This document shows, in pieces, positions 1-15,000 of a DNA stretch of 64,000 bases. The stretch comes from Eledone cirrhosa. Its lineage: Eukaryota. How positions within the stretch are numbered: the first letter of the stretch is position 1; each line of letters opens with the position of its first letter. Where the stretch lies: positions 441,316,001-441,380,000 of the forward strand of contig OZ024740.1 of NCBI GenBank assembly GCA_964016885.1, in the 5' to 3' direction. Below the pieces are notes generated by a model. That model was not told the origin of the DNA and made no database searches. It saw only the letters and a program-made list of their open reading frames with translations. Position numbers and translations under genes: made by a program.

Positions 1-3000
1 TCTCTGTATGTGTATGTGTGTCTCTGTGTGTGTATGTGTGTCTCTGTATGTGTATGTGTGTCTCTGTGTGTGTGTCTCTGTATGTGTATGTGTGTCTCTG
101 TATGTGTATGTGTGTCTGTGTGTGTGTGTCTCTGTGTGTGTATGTGTGTCTCTGTGTGTGTATGTGTGTCTCTGTATGTGTATGTGTGTCTCTGTATCTG
201 TATGTGTGTCTCTGTGTGTGTATGTGTGTCTCTGTATGTGTATGTGTGTCTCTGTATGTGTGTCTCTGTATATGTATGTGTGTCTCTGTGTGTGTATGTG
301 TGTCTCTGTATGTGTATGTGTGTCTCTGTATGTGTATGTGTGTCTCTGTATGTGTATGTGTGTCTCTGTATGTGTATGTGTGTCTCTGTGTGTGTATGTG
401 TGTCTCTGTATGTGTATGTGTGTCTCTGTCTGTGTATGTGTGTCTCTGTATGTGTATGTGTGTCTCTGTATGTGTATGTGTGTCTCTGTATGTGTATGTG
501 TGTCTCTGTATGTGTATGTGTGTCTCTGTATGTGTATGTGTGTCTCTGTGTGTGTATGTGTGTCTCTGTATGTGTATATGTGTCTCTGTATGTGTGTCTC
601 TGTATGTGTATGTGTGTCTCTGTATTTGTATGTGTGTCTCTGTATGTGTATGTGTGTCTCTGTGTGTGTATGTGTGTCTCTGTGTGTGTATGTGTGTCTC
701 TGTGTGTGTATGTGTGTCTCTGTATGTGTATGTGTGTCGCTGTATGTGTATGTGTGTCTCTGTATGTGTATGTGTGTCTCTGTGTGTGTATGTGTGTCTC
801 CGTATGTGCATGTGTGTCTCTGTGTGTGTGTCTCTGTATGTGTATGTGTGTCTCTGTATGTGTATGTGTGTCTCTGTATGTGTATGTGTGTCTCTGTGTG
901 TGTATGTGTGTCTCTGTGTGTGTATGTGTGTCTCTGTATGTGTATGTGTGTCGCTGTATGTGTATGTGTGTCTCTGTATGTGTATGTGTGTCTCTGTGTG
1001 TGTATGTGTGTCTCCGTATGTGTATGTGTGTCTCTGTGTGTGTGTCTCTGTATGTGTATGTGTGTCTCTGTATGTGTATGTGTGTCTCTGTATGTGTATG
1101 TGTGTCTCTGTATGTGTATGTGTGTCTCTGTGTGTGTATGTGTGTCTCTGTGTGTGTGTCTCTGTGTGTGTATGTGTGTCTCTGTATGTGTATGTGTGTC
1201 TCTGTGTGTGTGTCTCTGTATGTGTATGTGTGTCTCTGTATGTGTATGTGTGTCTCTGTATGTGTATGTGTGTCTCTGTATGTGTATGTGTGTCTCTGTA
1301 TGTGTATGTGTGTCTCTGTATGTGTATGTGTGTCTCTGTGTGTGCATATGTGTCTCTGTATGTGTATGTGTGTCTCTGTATGTGTATGTGTGTCTCTGTA
1401 TGTGTATGTGTGTCTCTGTATGTGTATGTGTGTCTCTGTGTGTGTATGTGTGTCTCTGTATGTGTATGTGTATCTCTGTATGTGTATGTGTGTCTCTGTA
1501 TGTGTATGTGTGTCTCTGTATGTGTATGTGTGTCTCTGTGTGTGTATGTGTGTCTCTGTGTGTGTGTCTCTGTGTGTGTATGTGTGTCTCTGTGTGTGTG
1601 TCTCTGTATGTGTATGTGTGTCTCTGTATGTGTATGTGTGTCTCTGTATGTGTATGTGTGTCTCTGTATGTGTATGTGTGTCTCTGTGTGTGTATGTGTG
1701 TCTCTGTATGTGTATGTGTGTCTCTGTATGTGTATGTGTGTCTCTGTATGTGTGTCTCTGTATGTGTATGTGTGTCTCTGTATGTGTATGTGTGTCTATG
1801 TATGTGTGTGTGTGTCTCTGTGTGTGTATGTGTGTCTCTATATGTGTGTGTGTGTCGCTGTATGTGTGTCTCTGTCTCTGTATGTGTGTCTCTGTATGTG
1901 TGTCGCTGTATGTGTATGTGTGTCTCTTTATGTGTATGTGTGTCTCTGTGTGTGTATGTGTGTCTCTGTATGTGTATGTGTGTCTCTGTGTGTGTATGTG
2001 TGTCTCTGTATGTGTATGTGTGTCTCTGTGTGTGTATGTGTGTCTCTGTATGTATGTCGCTGTATGTGTATGTGTGTCTCTGTATGTGTATGTGTGTCTC
2101 TGTGTGTGTGTCTCTGTATGTGTATGTGTGTCTCTGTATGTGTATGTGTGTCTGTGTGTGTGTGTCTCTGTGTGTGTATGTGTGTCTCTGTGTGTGTATG
2201 TGTGTCTCTGTATGTGTATGTGTGTCTCTGTATCTGTATGTGTGTCTCTGTGTGTGTATGTGTGTCTCTGTATGTATATGTGTGTCTCTGTATGTGTGTC
2301 TCTGTATATGTATGTGTGTCTCTGTGTGTGTATGTGTGTCTCTGTATGTGTATGTGTGTCTCTGTATGTGTATGTGTGTCTCTGTATGTGTATGTGTGTC
2401 TCTGTATGTGTATGTGTGTCTCTGTGTGTGTATGTGTGTCTCTGTATGTGTATGTGTGTCTCTGTATGTGTATGTGTGTCTCTGTCTGTGTATGTGTGTC
2501 TCTGTATGTGTATGTGTGTCTCTGTAAGTGTATGTGTGTCTCTGTGTGTGTATGTGTGTCTCTGTATGTGTATGTGTGTCTCTGTGTGTGTATGTGTGTC
2601 TCTGTATGTGTATGTGTGTCTCTGTATGTGTATGTGTGTCTCTGTGTGTGTATGTGTGTCTCTGTATGTGTATGTGTGTCTCTGTATGTGTGTCTCTGTA
2701 TGTGTATGTGTGTCTCTGTATGTGTATGTGTGTCTCTGTATGTGTATGTGTGTCTCTGTGTGTGTATGTGTGTCTCTGTGTGTGTATGTGTGTCTCTGTG
2801 TGTGTATGTGTGTCTCTGTATGTGTATGTGTGTCGCTGTATGTGTATGTGTGTCTCTGTATGTGTATGTGTGTCTCTGTGTGTGTATGTGTCTCTCCGTA
2901 TGTGTATGTGTGTCTCTGTGTGTGTGTCTCTGTATGTGTGTCTCTGTATGTGTATGTGTGTCTCTGTGTGTATGTGTGTATGTGTGTCTCTCTGTGTGTG

Positions 3001-6000
3001 TCTCTGTGTGTGTATGTGTGTCTCTGTATGTGTATGTGTGTCTCTGTATGTGTATGTGTGTCTCTGTATGTGTATGTGTGTCTCTGTATGTGTATGTGTG
3101 TCTCTGTATGTGTATGTGTGTCTCTGTGTGTGTATGTGTGTCTCTGTATGTGTATGTGTGTCTCTGTATGTGTATGTGTGTCTCTGTGTGTGTATGTGTG
3201 TCTCTGTATGTGTATGTGTGTCTCTGTATGTGTATGTGTGTCTCTGTATGTGTATGTGTGTCTCTGTATGTGTATGTGTGTCTCTGTGTGTGTATGTGTG
3301 TCTCTGTATGTGTATGTGTGTCTCTGTATGTGTATGTGTGTCTCTGTATGTGTATGTGTGTCTCTGTATGTGTATGTGTGTCTCTGTGTGTGTATGTGTG
3401 TCTCTGTGTGTGTATGTGTGTCTCTGTGTGTGTATGTGTGTCTCTGTATGTGTATGTGTGTCTGTGTGTGTGTGTCTCTGTATGTGTATGTGTGTCTCTG
3501 TATGTGTATGTGTGTCTCTGTATGTGTATGTGTGTCTCTGTGTGTGTATGTGTGTCTCTGTATGTGTGTGTGTGTCTCTGTATGTGTATGTGTGTCTGTG
3601 TGTGTGTGTCTCTGTATGTGTATGTGTGTCTCTGTATGTGTATGTGTGTCTCTGTATGTGTATGTGTGTCTCTGTATGTGTATGTGTGTCTCTGTGTGTG
3701 TATGTGTGTCTCTGTATGTGTATGTGTGTCTCTGTATGTGTATGTGTGTCTCTGTGTGTGTATGTGTGTCTCTGTGTGTGTATGTGTGTCTCTGTATGTG
3801 TATGTGTGTCTGTGTGTGTGTGTCTCTGTATGTGTATGTGTGTCTCTGTATGTGTATGTGTGTCTCTGTATGTGTGTGTGTGTCTCTGTATGTGTATGTG
3901 TGCCTCTGTGTGTGTATGTGTGTCTCTGTATGTGTGTCTCTGTGTGTGTATGTGTGTCTCTGTATGTGTATGTGTGTCTGTGTGTGTGTGTCTCTGTATG
4001 TGTATGTGTGTCTCTGTATGTGTATGTGTGTCTCTGTATGTGTATGTGTGTCTCTGTGTGTGTATGTGTGTCTCTGTGTGTGTATGTGTGTCTCTGTATG
4101 TGTATGTGTGTCTGTGTGTGTGTGTCTCTGTATGTGTATGTGTGTCTCTGTATGTGTATGTGTGTCTCTGTATGTGTATGTGTGTCTCTGTATGTGTATG
4201 TGTGTCTCTGTATGTGTATGTGTGTCTCTGTATGTGTATGTGTGTCTCTGTATGTGTGTGTGTGTCTCTGTATGTGTATGTGTGCCTCTGTGTGTGTATG
4301 TGTGTCTCTGTGTGTGTATGTGTGTCTCTGTGTGTATGTGTGTATGTGTGTCTCTCTGTGTGTGTCTCTGTGTGTGTATGTGTGTCTCTGTGTGTGTATG
4401 TGTGTCTCTGTATGTGTATGTGTGTCTGTGTGTGTGTGTCTCTGTATGTGTATGTGTGTCTCTGTATGTGTATGTGTGTCTCTGTATGTGTATGTGTGTC
4501 TCTGTATGTGTATGTGTGTCTCTGTATGTGTATGTGTGTCTCTGTATGTGTATGTGTGTCTCTGTATGTGTGTGTGTGTCTCTGTATGTGTATGTGTGCC
4601 TCTGTGTGTGTATGTGTGTCTCTGTGTGTGTATGTGTGTCTCTGTGTGTATGTGTGTATGTGTGTCTCTCTGTGTGTGTCTCTGTGTGTGTATGTGTGTC
4701 TCTGTGTGTGTATGTGTGTCTCTGTATGTGTATGTGTGTCTGTGTGTGTGTGTCTCTGTATGTGTATGTGTGTCTCTGTATGTGTATGTGTGTCTCTGTG
4801 TGTGTATGTGTGCCTCTGTATGTGTATGTGTGTCTCTGTATGTGTATGTGTGTCTCTGTATGTGTATGTGTGTCTCTGTGTGTGTATGTGTGTCTCTGTA
4901 TGTGTATGTGTGTCTCTGTGTGTGTATGTGTGTCTCTGTATGTGTATGTGTGTCTGTGTGTGTGTGTCTCTGTATGTGTATGTGTGTCTCTGTATGTGTA
5001 TGTGTGTCTCTGTATGTGTATGTGTGTCTCTGTGTGTGTATGTGTGCCTCTGTATGTGTATGTGTGTCTCTGTATGTGTATGTGTGTCTCTGTATGTGTA
5101 TGTGTGTCTCTGTATGTGTGTCTCTGTATGTGTATGTGTGTCTCTGTGTGTGTATGTGTGTCTCTGTATGTGTATGTGTGCCTCTGTATGTGTATGTGTG
5201 TCTCTGTATGTGTGTCTCTGTGTGTGTATGTGTGTCTCTGTATGTGTATGTGTGCCTCTGTGTGTGTATGTGTGTCTCTGTATGTGTGTCTCTGTGTGTG
5301 TATGTGTGTCTCTGTATGTGTATGTGTGCCTCTGTATGTGTATGTGTGTCTCTGTATGTGTGTCTCTGTGTGTGTATGTGTGTCTCTGTATGTGTATGTG
5401 TGCCTCTGTGTGTGTATGTGTGTCTCTGTATGTGTGTCTCTGTGTGTGTATGTGTGTCTCTGTATGTGTATGTGTGCCTCTGTGTGTGTATGTGTGTCTC
5501 TGTATGTGTGTCTCTGTGTGTGTATGTGTGTCTCTGTATGTGTATGTGTGCCTCTGTATGTGTATGTGTGTCTCTGTATGTGTGCCTCTGTGTGTGTATG
5601 TGTGTCTCTGTATGTGTGTCTCTGTATGTGTATGTGTGTCTGTGTGTGTGTGTCTCTGTCTGTGTATGTGTGTCTCTGTATGTGTATGTGTGTCTCTGTA
5701 TGTGTATGTGTGTCTCTGTATGTGTATGTGTGTCTCTGTATGTGTATGTGTGCCTCTGTGTGTGTATGTGTGTCTCTGTATGTGTATGTGTGTCTCTGTA
5801 TGTGTATGTGTGTCTGTGTGTGTGTGTCTCTGTATGTGTATGTGTGTCTGTGTGTGTGTGTCTCTGTCTGTGTATGTGTGTCTCTGTATGTGTATGTGTG
5901 TCTCTGTATGTGTATGTGTGCCTCTGTATGTGTATGTGTGTCTGTGTGTGTGTGTCTCTGTATGTGTATGTGTGTCTGTGTGTGTGTGTCTCTGTCTGTG

Positions 6001-9000
6001 TATGTGTGTCTCTGTATGTGTATGTGTGTCTCTGTATGTGTATGTGTGCCTCTGTGTGTGTATGTGTGTCTCTGTGTGTGTATGTGTGTCTCTGTGTGTG
6101 TATGTGTGTCTGTGTGTGTGTGTCTCTGTCTGTGTATGTGTGTCTCTGTATGTGTATGTGTGTCTCTGTATGTGTATGTGTGTCTCTGTGTGTGTATGTG
6201 TGTCTCTGTGTGTGTATGTGTGTCTCTGTATGTGTATGTGTGCCTCTGTATGTGTATGTGTGTCTGTGTGTGTGTGTCTCTGTATGTGTATGTGTGTCTG
6301 TGTGTGTGTGTCTCTGTCTGTGTATGTGTGTCTCTGTATGTGTATGTGTGTCTCTGTATGTGTATGTGTGTCTCTGTGTGTGTATGTGTGTCTCTGTGTG
6401 TGTATGTGTGTCTCTGTATGTGTATGTGTGCCTCTGTATGTGTATGTGTGTCTGTGTGTGTGTGTCTCTGTATGTGTATGTGTGTCTGTGTGTGTGTGTC
6501 TCTGTCTGTGTATGTGTGTCTCTGTATGTGTATGTGTGTCTCTGTATGTGTATGTGTGCCTCTGTGTGTGTATGTGTGTCTCTGTATGTGTATGTGTGTC
6601 TCTGTGTGTGTGTCTCTGTATGTGTATGTGTGCCTCTGTATGTGTATGTGTGTCTCTGTATGTGTATGTGTGCCTCTGTGTGTGTATGTGTGTCTCTGTA
6701 TGTGTATGTGTGTCTCTGTCTGTGTATGTGTGTCTCTGTATGTGTATGTGTGTCTCTGTATGTGTATGTGTGTCTCTGTGTGTGTATGTGTGTCTCTGTA
6801 TGTGTATGTGTGCCTCTGTATGTGTATGTGTGTCTCTGTATGTGTATGTGTGCCTCTGTGTGTGTATGTGTGTCTCTGTATGTGTATGTGTGTCTCTGTG
6901 TGTATGTGTGTATGTGTGTCTCTGTGTGTGTGTCTCTGTATGTGTATGTGTGCCTCTGTATGTGTATGTGTGTCTCTGTATGTGTATGTGTGCCTCTGTA
7001 TGTGTATGTGTGTCTCTGTATGTGTATGTGTGTCTCTGTCTGTGTATGTGTGTCTCTGTATGTGTATGTGTGTCTCTGTCTGTGTATGTGTGTCTCTGTA
7101 TGTGTATGTGTGCCTCTGTGTGTGTATGTGTGTCTCTGTATGTGTATGTGTGTCTCTGTGTGTGTATGTGTGTCTCTGTATGTGTATGTGTGCCTCTGTA
7201 TGTGTATGTGTGTCTCTGTCTGTGTATGTGTGTCTCTGTATGTGTGTCTCTGTATGTGTATGTGTGTCTCTGTCTGTGTATGTGTGTCTCTGTATGTGTA
7301 TGTGTGCCTCTGTGTGTGTATGTGTGTCTCTGTATGTGTATGTGTGTCTCTGTGTGTGTATGTGTGTCTCTGTATGTGTATGTGTGCCTCTGTATGTGTA
7401 TGTGTGTCTCTGTCTGTGTATGTGTGTCTCTGTATGTGTATGTGTGTCTCTGTCTGTGTATGTGTGTCTCTGTATGTGTATGTGTGTCTCTGTATGTGTA
7501 TGTGTGTCTCTGTATGTGTATGTGTGTCTCTGTATGTGTGTCTCTGTATGTGTATGTGTGTCTCTGTCTGTGTATGTGTGTCTCTGTATGTGTATGTGTG
7601 TCTCTGTATGTGTGTCTCTGTATGTGTATGTGTGTCTGTGTGTGTGTGTCTCTGTATGTGTATGTGTGTCTCTGTATGTGTATGTGTGTCTCTGTGTGTG
7701 TATGTGTGCCTCTGTGTGTGTATGTGTGTCTCTGTATGTGTATGTGTGCCTCTGTATGTGTATGTGTGTCTCTGTGTGTGTATGTGTGTCTCTGTATGTG
7801 TATGTGTGTCTCTGTATGTGTATGTGTGTCTCTGTATGTGTATGTGTGTCTCTGTGTGTGTATGTGTGTCTCTGTATGTGTATGTGTGCCTCTGTATGTG
7901 TATGTGTGTCTCTGTATGTGTATGTGTGCCTCTGTGTGTGTATGTGTGTCTCTGTGTGTGTATGTGTGTCTCTGTATGTGTATGTGTGTCTCTGTATGTG
8001 TATGTGTGCCTCTGTGTGTGTATGTGTGTCTCTGTATGTGTATGTGTGCCTCTGTGTGTGTATGTGTGTCTCTGTATGTGTATGTGTGCCTCTGTGTGTG
8101 TATGTGTGTCTCTGTATGTGTATGTGTGCCTCTGTGTGTGTATGTGTGTCTCTGTATGTGTATGTGTGTCTCTGTCTGTGTATGTGTGTCTCTGTATGTG
8201 TATGTGTGCCTCTGTGTGTGTATGTGTGTCTCTGTGTGTGTGTCTCTGTATGTGTATGTGTGTCTCTGTATGTGTATGTGTGCCTCTGTGTGTGTATGTG
8301 TGTCTCTGTATGTGTATGTGTGTCTCTGTATGTGTGTCTCTGTATGTGTATGTGTGTCGCTGTATGTGTATGTGTGTCTGTGTGTGTGTGTCTCTGTATG
8401 TGTATGTGTGTCTCTGTATGTGTGTCTCTGTATGTGTATGTGTGTCGCTGTATGTGTATGTGTGTCTGTGTGTGTGTGTCTCTGTATGTGTATGTGTGTC
8501 TCTGTCTGTGTATGTGTGTCTCTGTATGTGTATGTGTGCCTCTGTGTGTGTATGTGTGTCTCTGTATGTGTATGTGTGCCTCTGTGTGTGTATGTGTGTC
8601 TCTGTATGTGTATGTGTGTCTCTGTATGTGTGTCTCTGTATGTGTATGTGTGTCGCTGTATGTGTATGTGTGTCTGTGTGTGTGTGTCTCTGTATGTGTA
8701 TGTGTGTCTCTGTATGTGTATGTGTGTCTCTGTATGTGTATGTGTGTCTCTGTATGTGTGTGTGTGTCTCTGTGTGTGTATGTGTGTCTCTGTGTGTGTG
8801 TCTCTGTGTGTGTATGTGTGTCTCTGTATGTGTATGTGTGTCTCTGTATGTGTATGTGTGTCTCTGTATGTGTATGTGTGTCTCTGTATGTGTATGTGTG
8901 TCTCTGTATGTGTGTGTGTGTCTCTGTGTGTGTATGTGTGTCTCTGTGTGTGTGTCTCTGTGTGTGTATGTGTGTCTCTGTATGTGTATGTGTGTCTCTG

Positions 9001-12000
9001 TATGTGTGTCTCTGTATGTGTATGTGTGTCTCTGTATGTGTATGTGTGTCTCTGTATGTGTATGTGTGTCGCTGTATGTGTATGTGTGTCTCTGTATGTG
9101 TATGTGTGTCTCTGTATGTGTGTCTCTGTATGTGTATGTGTGTCTCTGTATGTGTATGTGTGTCTCTGTATGTGTATGTGTGTCTCTGTATGTGTATGTG
9201 TGTCTCTGTATGTGTATGTGTGTCTCTGTATGTGTATGTGTGTCTCTGTATGTGTATGTGTGTCTCTGTATGTGTGTCTCTGTATGTGTATGTGTGTCGC
9301 TGTATGTGTATGTGTGTCTCTGTATGTGTATGTGTGTCTCTGTATGTGTATGTGTGTCTCTGTATGTGTATGTGTGTCTCTGTATGTGTGTCTCTGTATG
9401 TGTATGTGTGTCGCTGTATGTGTATGTGTGTCTCTGTATGTGTATGTGTGTCTCTTTATCTGTATGTGTGTCTCTGTATGCGTATGTGTGTCTCTGTGTG
9501 TGTATGTGTGTCTCTGTATGTGTATGTGTGTCTCTGTATGTGTGTCTCTGTATGTGTATGTGTGTCTCTGTGTGTGTATGTGTGTCTCTGTATGTGTATG
9601 TGTGTCTCTGTATGTGTATGTGTGTCGCTGTATGTGTATGTGTGTCTCTGTATGTGTATGTGTGTCTCTGTGTGTGTATGTGTGTCTCTGTATGTGTATG
9701 TGTGTCTCTGTGTGTGTATGTGTGTCTCTGTATGTGTATGTGTGTCTCTGTGTGTGTGTCTCTGTATGTGTATGTGTGTCTCTGTATGTGTATGTGTGTC
9801 TGTGTGTGTGTGTCTCTGTGTGTGTATGTGTGTCTCTGTGTGTGTATGTGTGTCTCTGTATGTGTATGTGTGTCTCTGTATATGTATGTGTGTCTCTGTG
9901 TGTGTATGTGTGTCTCTGTATGTGTATGTGTGTCTCTGTATGTGTATGTGTGTCTCTGTATGTGTATGTGTGTCTCTGTATGTGTATGTGTGTCTCTGTG
10001 TGTGTATGTGTGTCTCTGTATGTGTATGTGTGTCTCTGTCTGTGTATGTGTGTCTCTGTATGTGTATGTGTGTCTCTGTATGTGTATGTGTGTCTCTGTA
10101 TGTGTATGTGTGTCTCTGTATGTGTATGTGTGTCTCTGTATGTGTATGTGTGTCTCTGTGTGTGTATGTGTGTCTCTGTATGTGTATATGTGTCTCTGTA
10201 TGTGTGTCTCTGTATGTGTATGTGTGTCTCTGTATTTGTATGTGTGTCTCTGTATGTGTATGTGTGTCTCTGTGTGTGTATGTGTGTCTCTGTGTGTGTA
10301 TGTGTGTCTCTGTGTGTGTATGTGTGTCTCTGTATGTGTATGTGTGTCGCTGTATGTGTATGTGTGTCTCTGTATGTGTATGTGTGTCTCTGTGTGTGTA
10401 TGTGTGTCTCCGTATGTGTATGTGTGTCTCTGTGTGTGTGTCTCTGTATGTGTATGTGTGTCTCTGTATGTGTATGTGTGTCTCTGTATGTGTATGTGTG
10501 TCTCTGTATGTGTATGTGTGTCTCTGTGTGTGTATGTGTGTCTCTGTGTGTGTGTCTCTGTGTGTGTATGTGTGTCTCTGTATGTGTATGTGTGTCTCTG
10601 TGTGTGTGTCTCTGTATGTGTATGTGTGTCTCTGTATGTGTATGTGTGTCTCTGTATGTGTATGTGTGTCTCTGTATGTGTATGTGTGTCTCTGTATGTG
10701 TATGTGTGTCTCTGTATGTGTATGTGTGTCTCTGTGTGTGCATATGTGTCTCTGTATGTGTATGTGTGTCTCTGTATGTGTATGTGTGTCTCTGTATGTG
10801 TATGTGTGTCTCTGTATGTGTATGTGTGTCTCTGTGTGTGTATGTGTGTCTGTGTGTGTGTGTCTCTGTGTGTGTATGTGTGTCTCTGTATGTGTATGTG
10901 TGTCTCTGTGTGTGTGTCTCTGTATGTGTATGTGTGTCTCTGTGTGTGTGTCTCTGTATGTGTATGTGTGTCTCTGTATGTGTATGTGTGTCTCTGTATG
11001 TGTATGTGTGTCTCTGTATGTGTATGTGTGTCTCTGTGTGTGTATGTGTGTCTCTGTATGTGTATGTGTGTCTCTGTATGTGTATGTGTGTCTCTGTATG
11101 TGTATGTGTGTCGCTGTATGTGTGTCTCTGTATGTGTATGTGTGTCTCTGTGTGTGTGTGTGTGTCTCTGTATGTGTATGTGTGTCTCTGTATGTGTATG
11201 TGTGTCTCTGTGTGTGTGTGTGTGTCTCTGTATGTGTATGTGTGTCTCTGTATGTGTACGTGCGTCTCTGTGTGTGTGTGTGTGTGTGTGTCTCTGTATG
11301 TTTATGTGTGTCTCTGTATGTGTATGTGTGTCTCTGTATGTGTATGTGTGTCTCTGTATGTGTATGTGTGTCTCTGTATGTGTGTGTGTGTCTCTGTATG
11401 TGTATGTGTCTCTGTATGTGTGTGTGTGTCTCTGTATGTGTATGTGTGTCTCTGTATGTGTGTCTCTGTATGTATGTCGCTGTATGTGTATGTGTGTCTC
11501 TGTATGTGTATGTGTGTCTCTGTATATGTATGTGTGTCTCTGTGTGTGTATGTGTGTCTCTGTATGTGTGTCTCTGTGTGTGTATGTGTGTCTCTGTATA
11601 TGTATGTGTGTCTCTGTATGTGTATGTGTGTCTCTGTATATGTATGTGTGTCTCTGTGTGTGTATGTGTGTCTCTGTATGTGTGTCTCTGTGTGTGTATG
11701 TGTGTCTCTGTATATGTATGTGTGTCTCTGTATGTGTATGTGTGTCTCTGTGTGTGTATGTGTGTCTCTGTATATGTATGTGTGTCTCTGTGTGTGTATG
11801 TGTGTCTCTGTATGTGTATGTGTGTCTCTCTGTGTGTGTCTCTGTATGTGTATGTGTGTCTCTGTATGTGTATGTGTGTCTCTGTATATGTATGTGTGTC
11901 TCTGTATGTGTATGTGTGTCTCTGTGTGTGTATGTGTGTCTCTGTATATGTATGTGTGTCTCTGTGTGTGTATGTGTGTCTCTGTATGTGTATGTGTGTC

Positions 12001-15000
12001 TCTGTCTGTGTATGTGTGTCTCTGTATGTGTATGTGTGTCTCTGTATGTGTATGTGTGTCTCTGTATGTGTATGTGTGTCTCTGTATGTGTGTCTCTGTA
12101 TGTGTATGTGTGTCTCTGTGTGTATGTGTGTATGTGTGTCTCTGTGTGTGTGTCTCTGTGTGTGTATGTGTGTTTCTGTATGTGTATGTGTGTCTTTGTA
12201 TGTGTATGTGTGTATCTGTATGTGTATGTGTGTCTCTGTATGTGTATGTGTATCTCTGTATGTGTATGTGTGTCTCTGTATGTGTATGTGTGTCTCTGTA
12301 TGTGTATGTGTGTCTCTGTGTGTGTATGTGTGTCTCTGTGTGTGTGTCTCTGTGTGTGTATGTGTGTCTCTGTATGTGTATGTGTGTCTCTGTGTGTGTC
12401 TCTCTGTATGTGTATGTGTGTCTCTGTATGTGTATGTGTGTCTCTGTATGTGTATGTGTGTCTCTGTATGTGTATGTGTGTCTCTGTGTGTGTATGTGTG
12501 TCTCTGTATGTGTATGTGTGTCTCTGTATGTGTATGTGTGTCTCTGTATGTGTATGTGTGTCTCTGTGTGTGTATGTGTGTCTCTGTGTGTATGTGTGTC
12601 TCTGTATGTGTATGTGTGTCTCTGTGTGTGTGTCTCTGTATGTGTATGTGTGTCTCTGTATGTGTATGTGTGTCTCTGTATGTGTATGTGTGTCTCTGTA
12701 TGTGTATGTGTGTCTCTGTGTGTGTATGTGTGTCTCTGTATGTGTATGTGTGTCTCTGTATGTGTATGTGTGTCTCTGTATGTGTGTCTCTGTATGTGTA
12801 TGTGTGTCTCTGTATGTGTATGTGTGTCTATGTATGTGTGTGTGTGTCTCTGTGTGTGTATGTGTGTCTCTATATGTGTGTGTGTGTCGCTGTATGTGTG
12901 TCTCTGTCTCTGTATGTGTGTCTCTGTATGTGTGTCGCTGTATGTGTATGTGTGTCTCTGTATGTGTATGTGTGTCTCTTTATGTGTATGTGTGTCTCTG
13001 TGTGTGTATGTGTGTCTCTGTATGTGTATGTGTGTCTCTGTGTGTGTATGTGTGTCTCTGTATGTGTATGTGTGTCTCTGTGTGTGAATGTGTGTCTCTG
13101 TATGTATGTCGCTGTATGTGTATGTGTGTCTCTGTATGTGTATGTGTGTCTCTGTGTGTGTGTCTCTGTATGTGTATGTGTGTCTCTGTATGTGTATGTG
13201 TGTCTGTGTGTGTGTGTCTCTGTGTGTGTATGTGTGTCTCTGTGTGTGTATGTGTGTCTCTGTATGTGTATGTGTGTCTCTGTATCTGTATGTGTGTCTC
13301 TGTGTGTGTATGTGTGTCTCTGTATGTATATGTGTGTCTCTGTATGTGTGTCTCTGTATATGTATGTGTGTCTCTGTGTGTGTATGTGTGTCTCTGTATG
13401 TGTATGTGTGTCTCTGTATGTGTATGTGTGTCTCTGTATGTGTATGTGTGTCTCTGTATGTGTATGTGTGTCTCTGTGTGTGTATGTGTGTCTCTGTATG
13501 TGTATGTGTGTCTCTGTATGTGTATGTGTGTCTCTGTCTGTGTATGTGTGTCTCTGTATGTGTATGTGTGTCTCTGTAAGTGTATGTGTGTCTCTGTGTG
13601 TGTATGTGTGTCTCTGTATGTGTATGTGTGTCTCTGTGTGTGTATGTGTGTCTCTGTATGTGTATGTGTGTCTCTGTATGTGTATGTGTGTCTCTGTGTG
13701 TGTATGTGTGTCTCTGTATGTGTATGTGTGTCTCTGTATGTGTGTCTCTGTATGTGTATGTGTGTCTCTGTATGTGTATGTGTGTCTCTGTATGTGTATG
13801 TGTGTCTCTGTGTGTGTATGTGTGTCTCTGTGTGTGTATGTGTGTCTCTGTGTGTGTATGTGTGTCTCTGTATGTGTATGTGTGTCGCTGTATGTGTATG
13901 TGTGTCTCTGTATGTGTATGTGTGTCTCTGTGTGTGTATGTGTGTCTCCGTATGTGTATGTGTGTCTCTGTGTGTGTGTCTCTGTATGTGTGTCTCTGTA
14001 TGTGTATGTGTGTCTCTGTGTGTATGTGTGTATGTGTGTCTCTCTGTGTGTGTCTCTGTGTGTGTATGTGTGTCTCTGTATGTGTATGTGTGTCTCTGTA
14101 TGTGTATGTGTGTCTCTGTATGTGTATGTGTGTCTCTGTATGTGTATGTGTGTCTCTGTATGTGTATGTGTGTCTCTGTGTGTGTATGTGTGTCTCTGTA
14201 TGTGTATGTGTGTCTCTGTATGTGTATGTGTGTCTCTGTATGTGTATGTGTGTCTCTGTATGTGTATGTGTGTCTCTGTATGTGTATGTGTGTCTCTGTG
14301 TGTGTATGTGTGTCTCTGTATGTGTATGTGTGTCTCTGTATGTGTATGTGTGTCTCTGTATGTGTATGTGTGTCTCTGTGTGTGTATGTGTGTCTCTGTA
14401 TGTGTATGTGTGTCTCTGTATGTGTATGTGTGTCTCTGTGTGTGTATGTGTGTCTCTGTATGTGTATGTGTGTCTCTGTATGTGTATGTGTGTCTCTGTA
14501 TGTGTATGTGTGTCTCTGTATGTGTATGTGTGTCTCTGTGTGTGTATGTGTGTCTCTGTATGTGTATGTGTGTCTCTGTATGTGTATGTGTGTCTCTGTG
14601 TGTGTATGTGTGTCTCTGTATGTGTATGTGTGTCTCTGTATGTGTATGTGTGTCTCTGTATGTGTATGTGTGTCTCTGTGTGTGTATGTGTGTCTCTGTG
14701 TGTGTGTCTCTGTGTGTGTATGTGTGTCTCTGTATGTGTATGTGTGTCTCTGTGTGTGTGTCTCTGTATGTGTATGTGTGTCTCTGTATGTGTATGTGTG
14801 TCTCTGTATGTGTATGTGTGTCTCTGTATGTGTGTCTCTGTATGTGTATGTGTGTCTCTGTATGTGTATGTGTGTCTCTGTATGTGTGTGTGTGTCTCTG
14901 TGTGTGTATGTGTGTCTCTGTGTGTGTATGTGTGTCTCTGTATATGTGTGTGTGTCGCTGTATGTGTGTCTCTCTATCTGTATGTGTGTCGCTGTATGTG

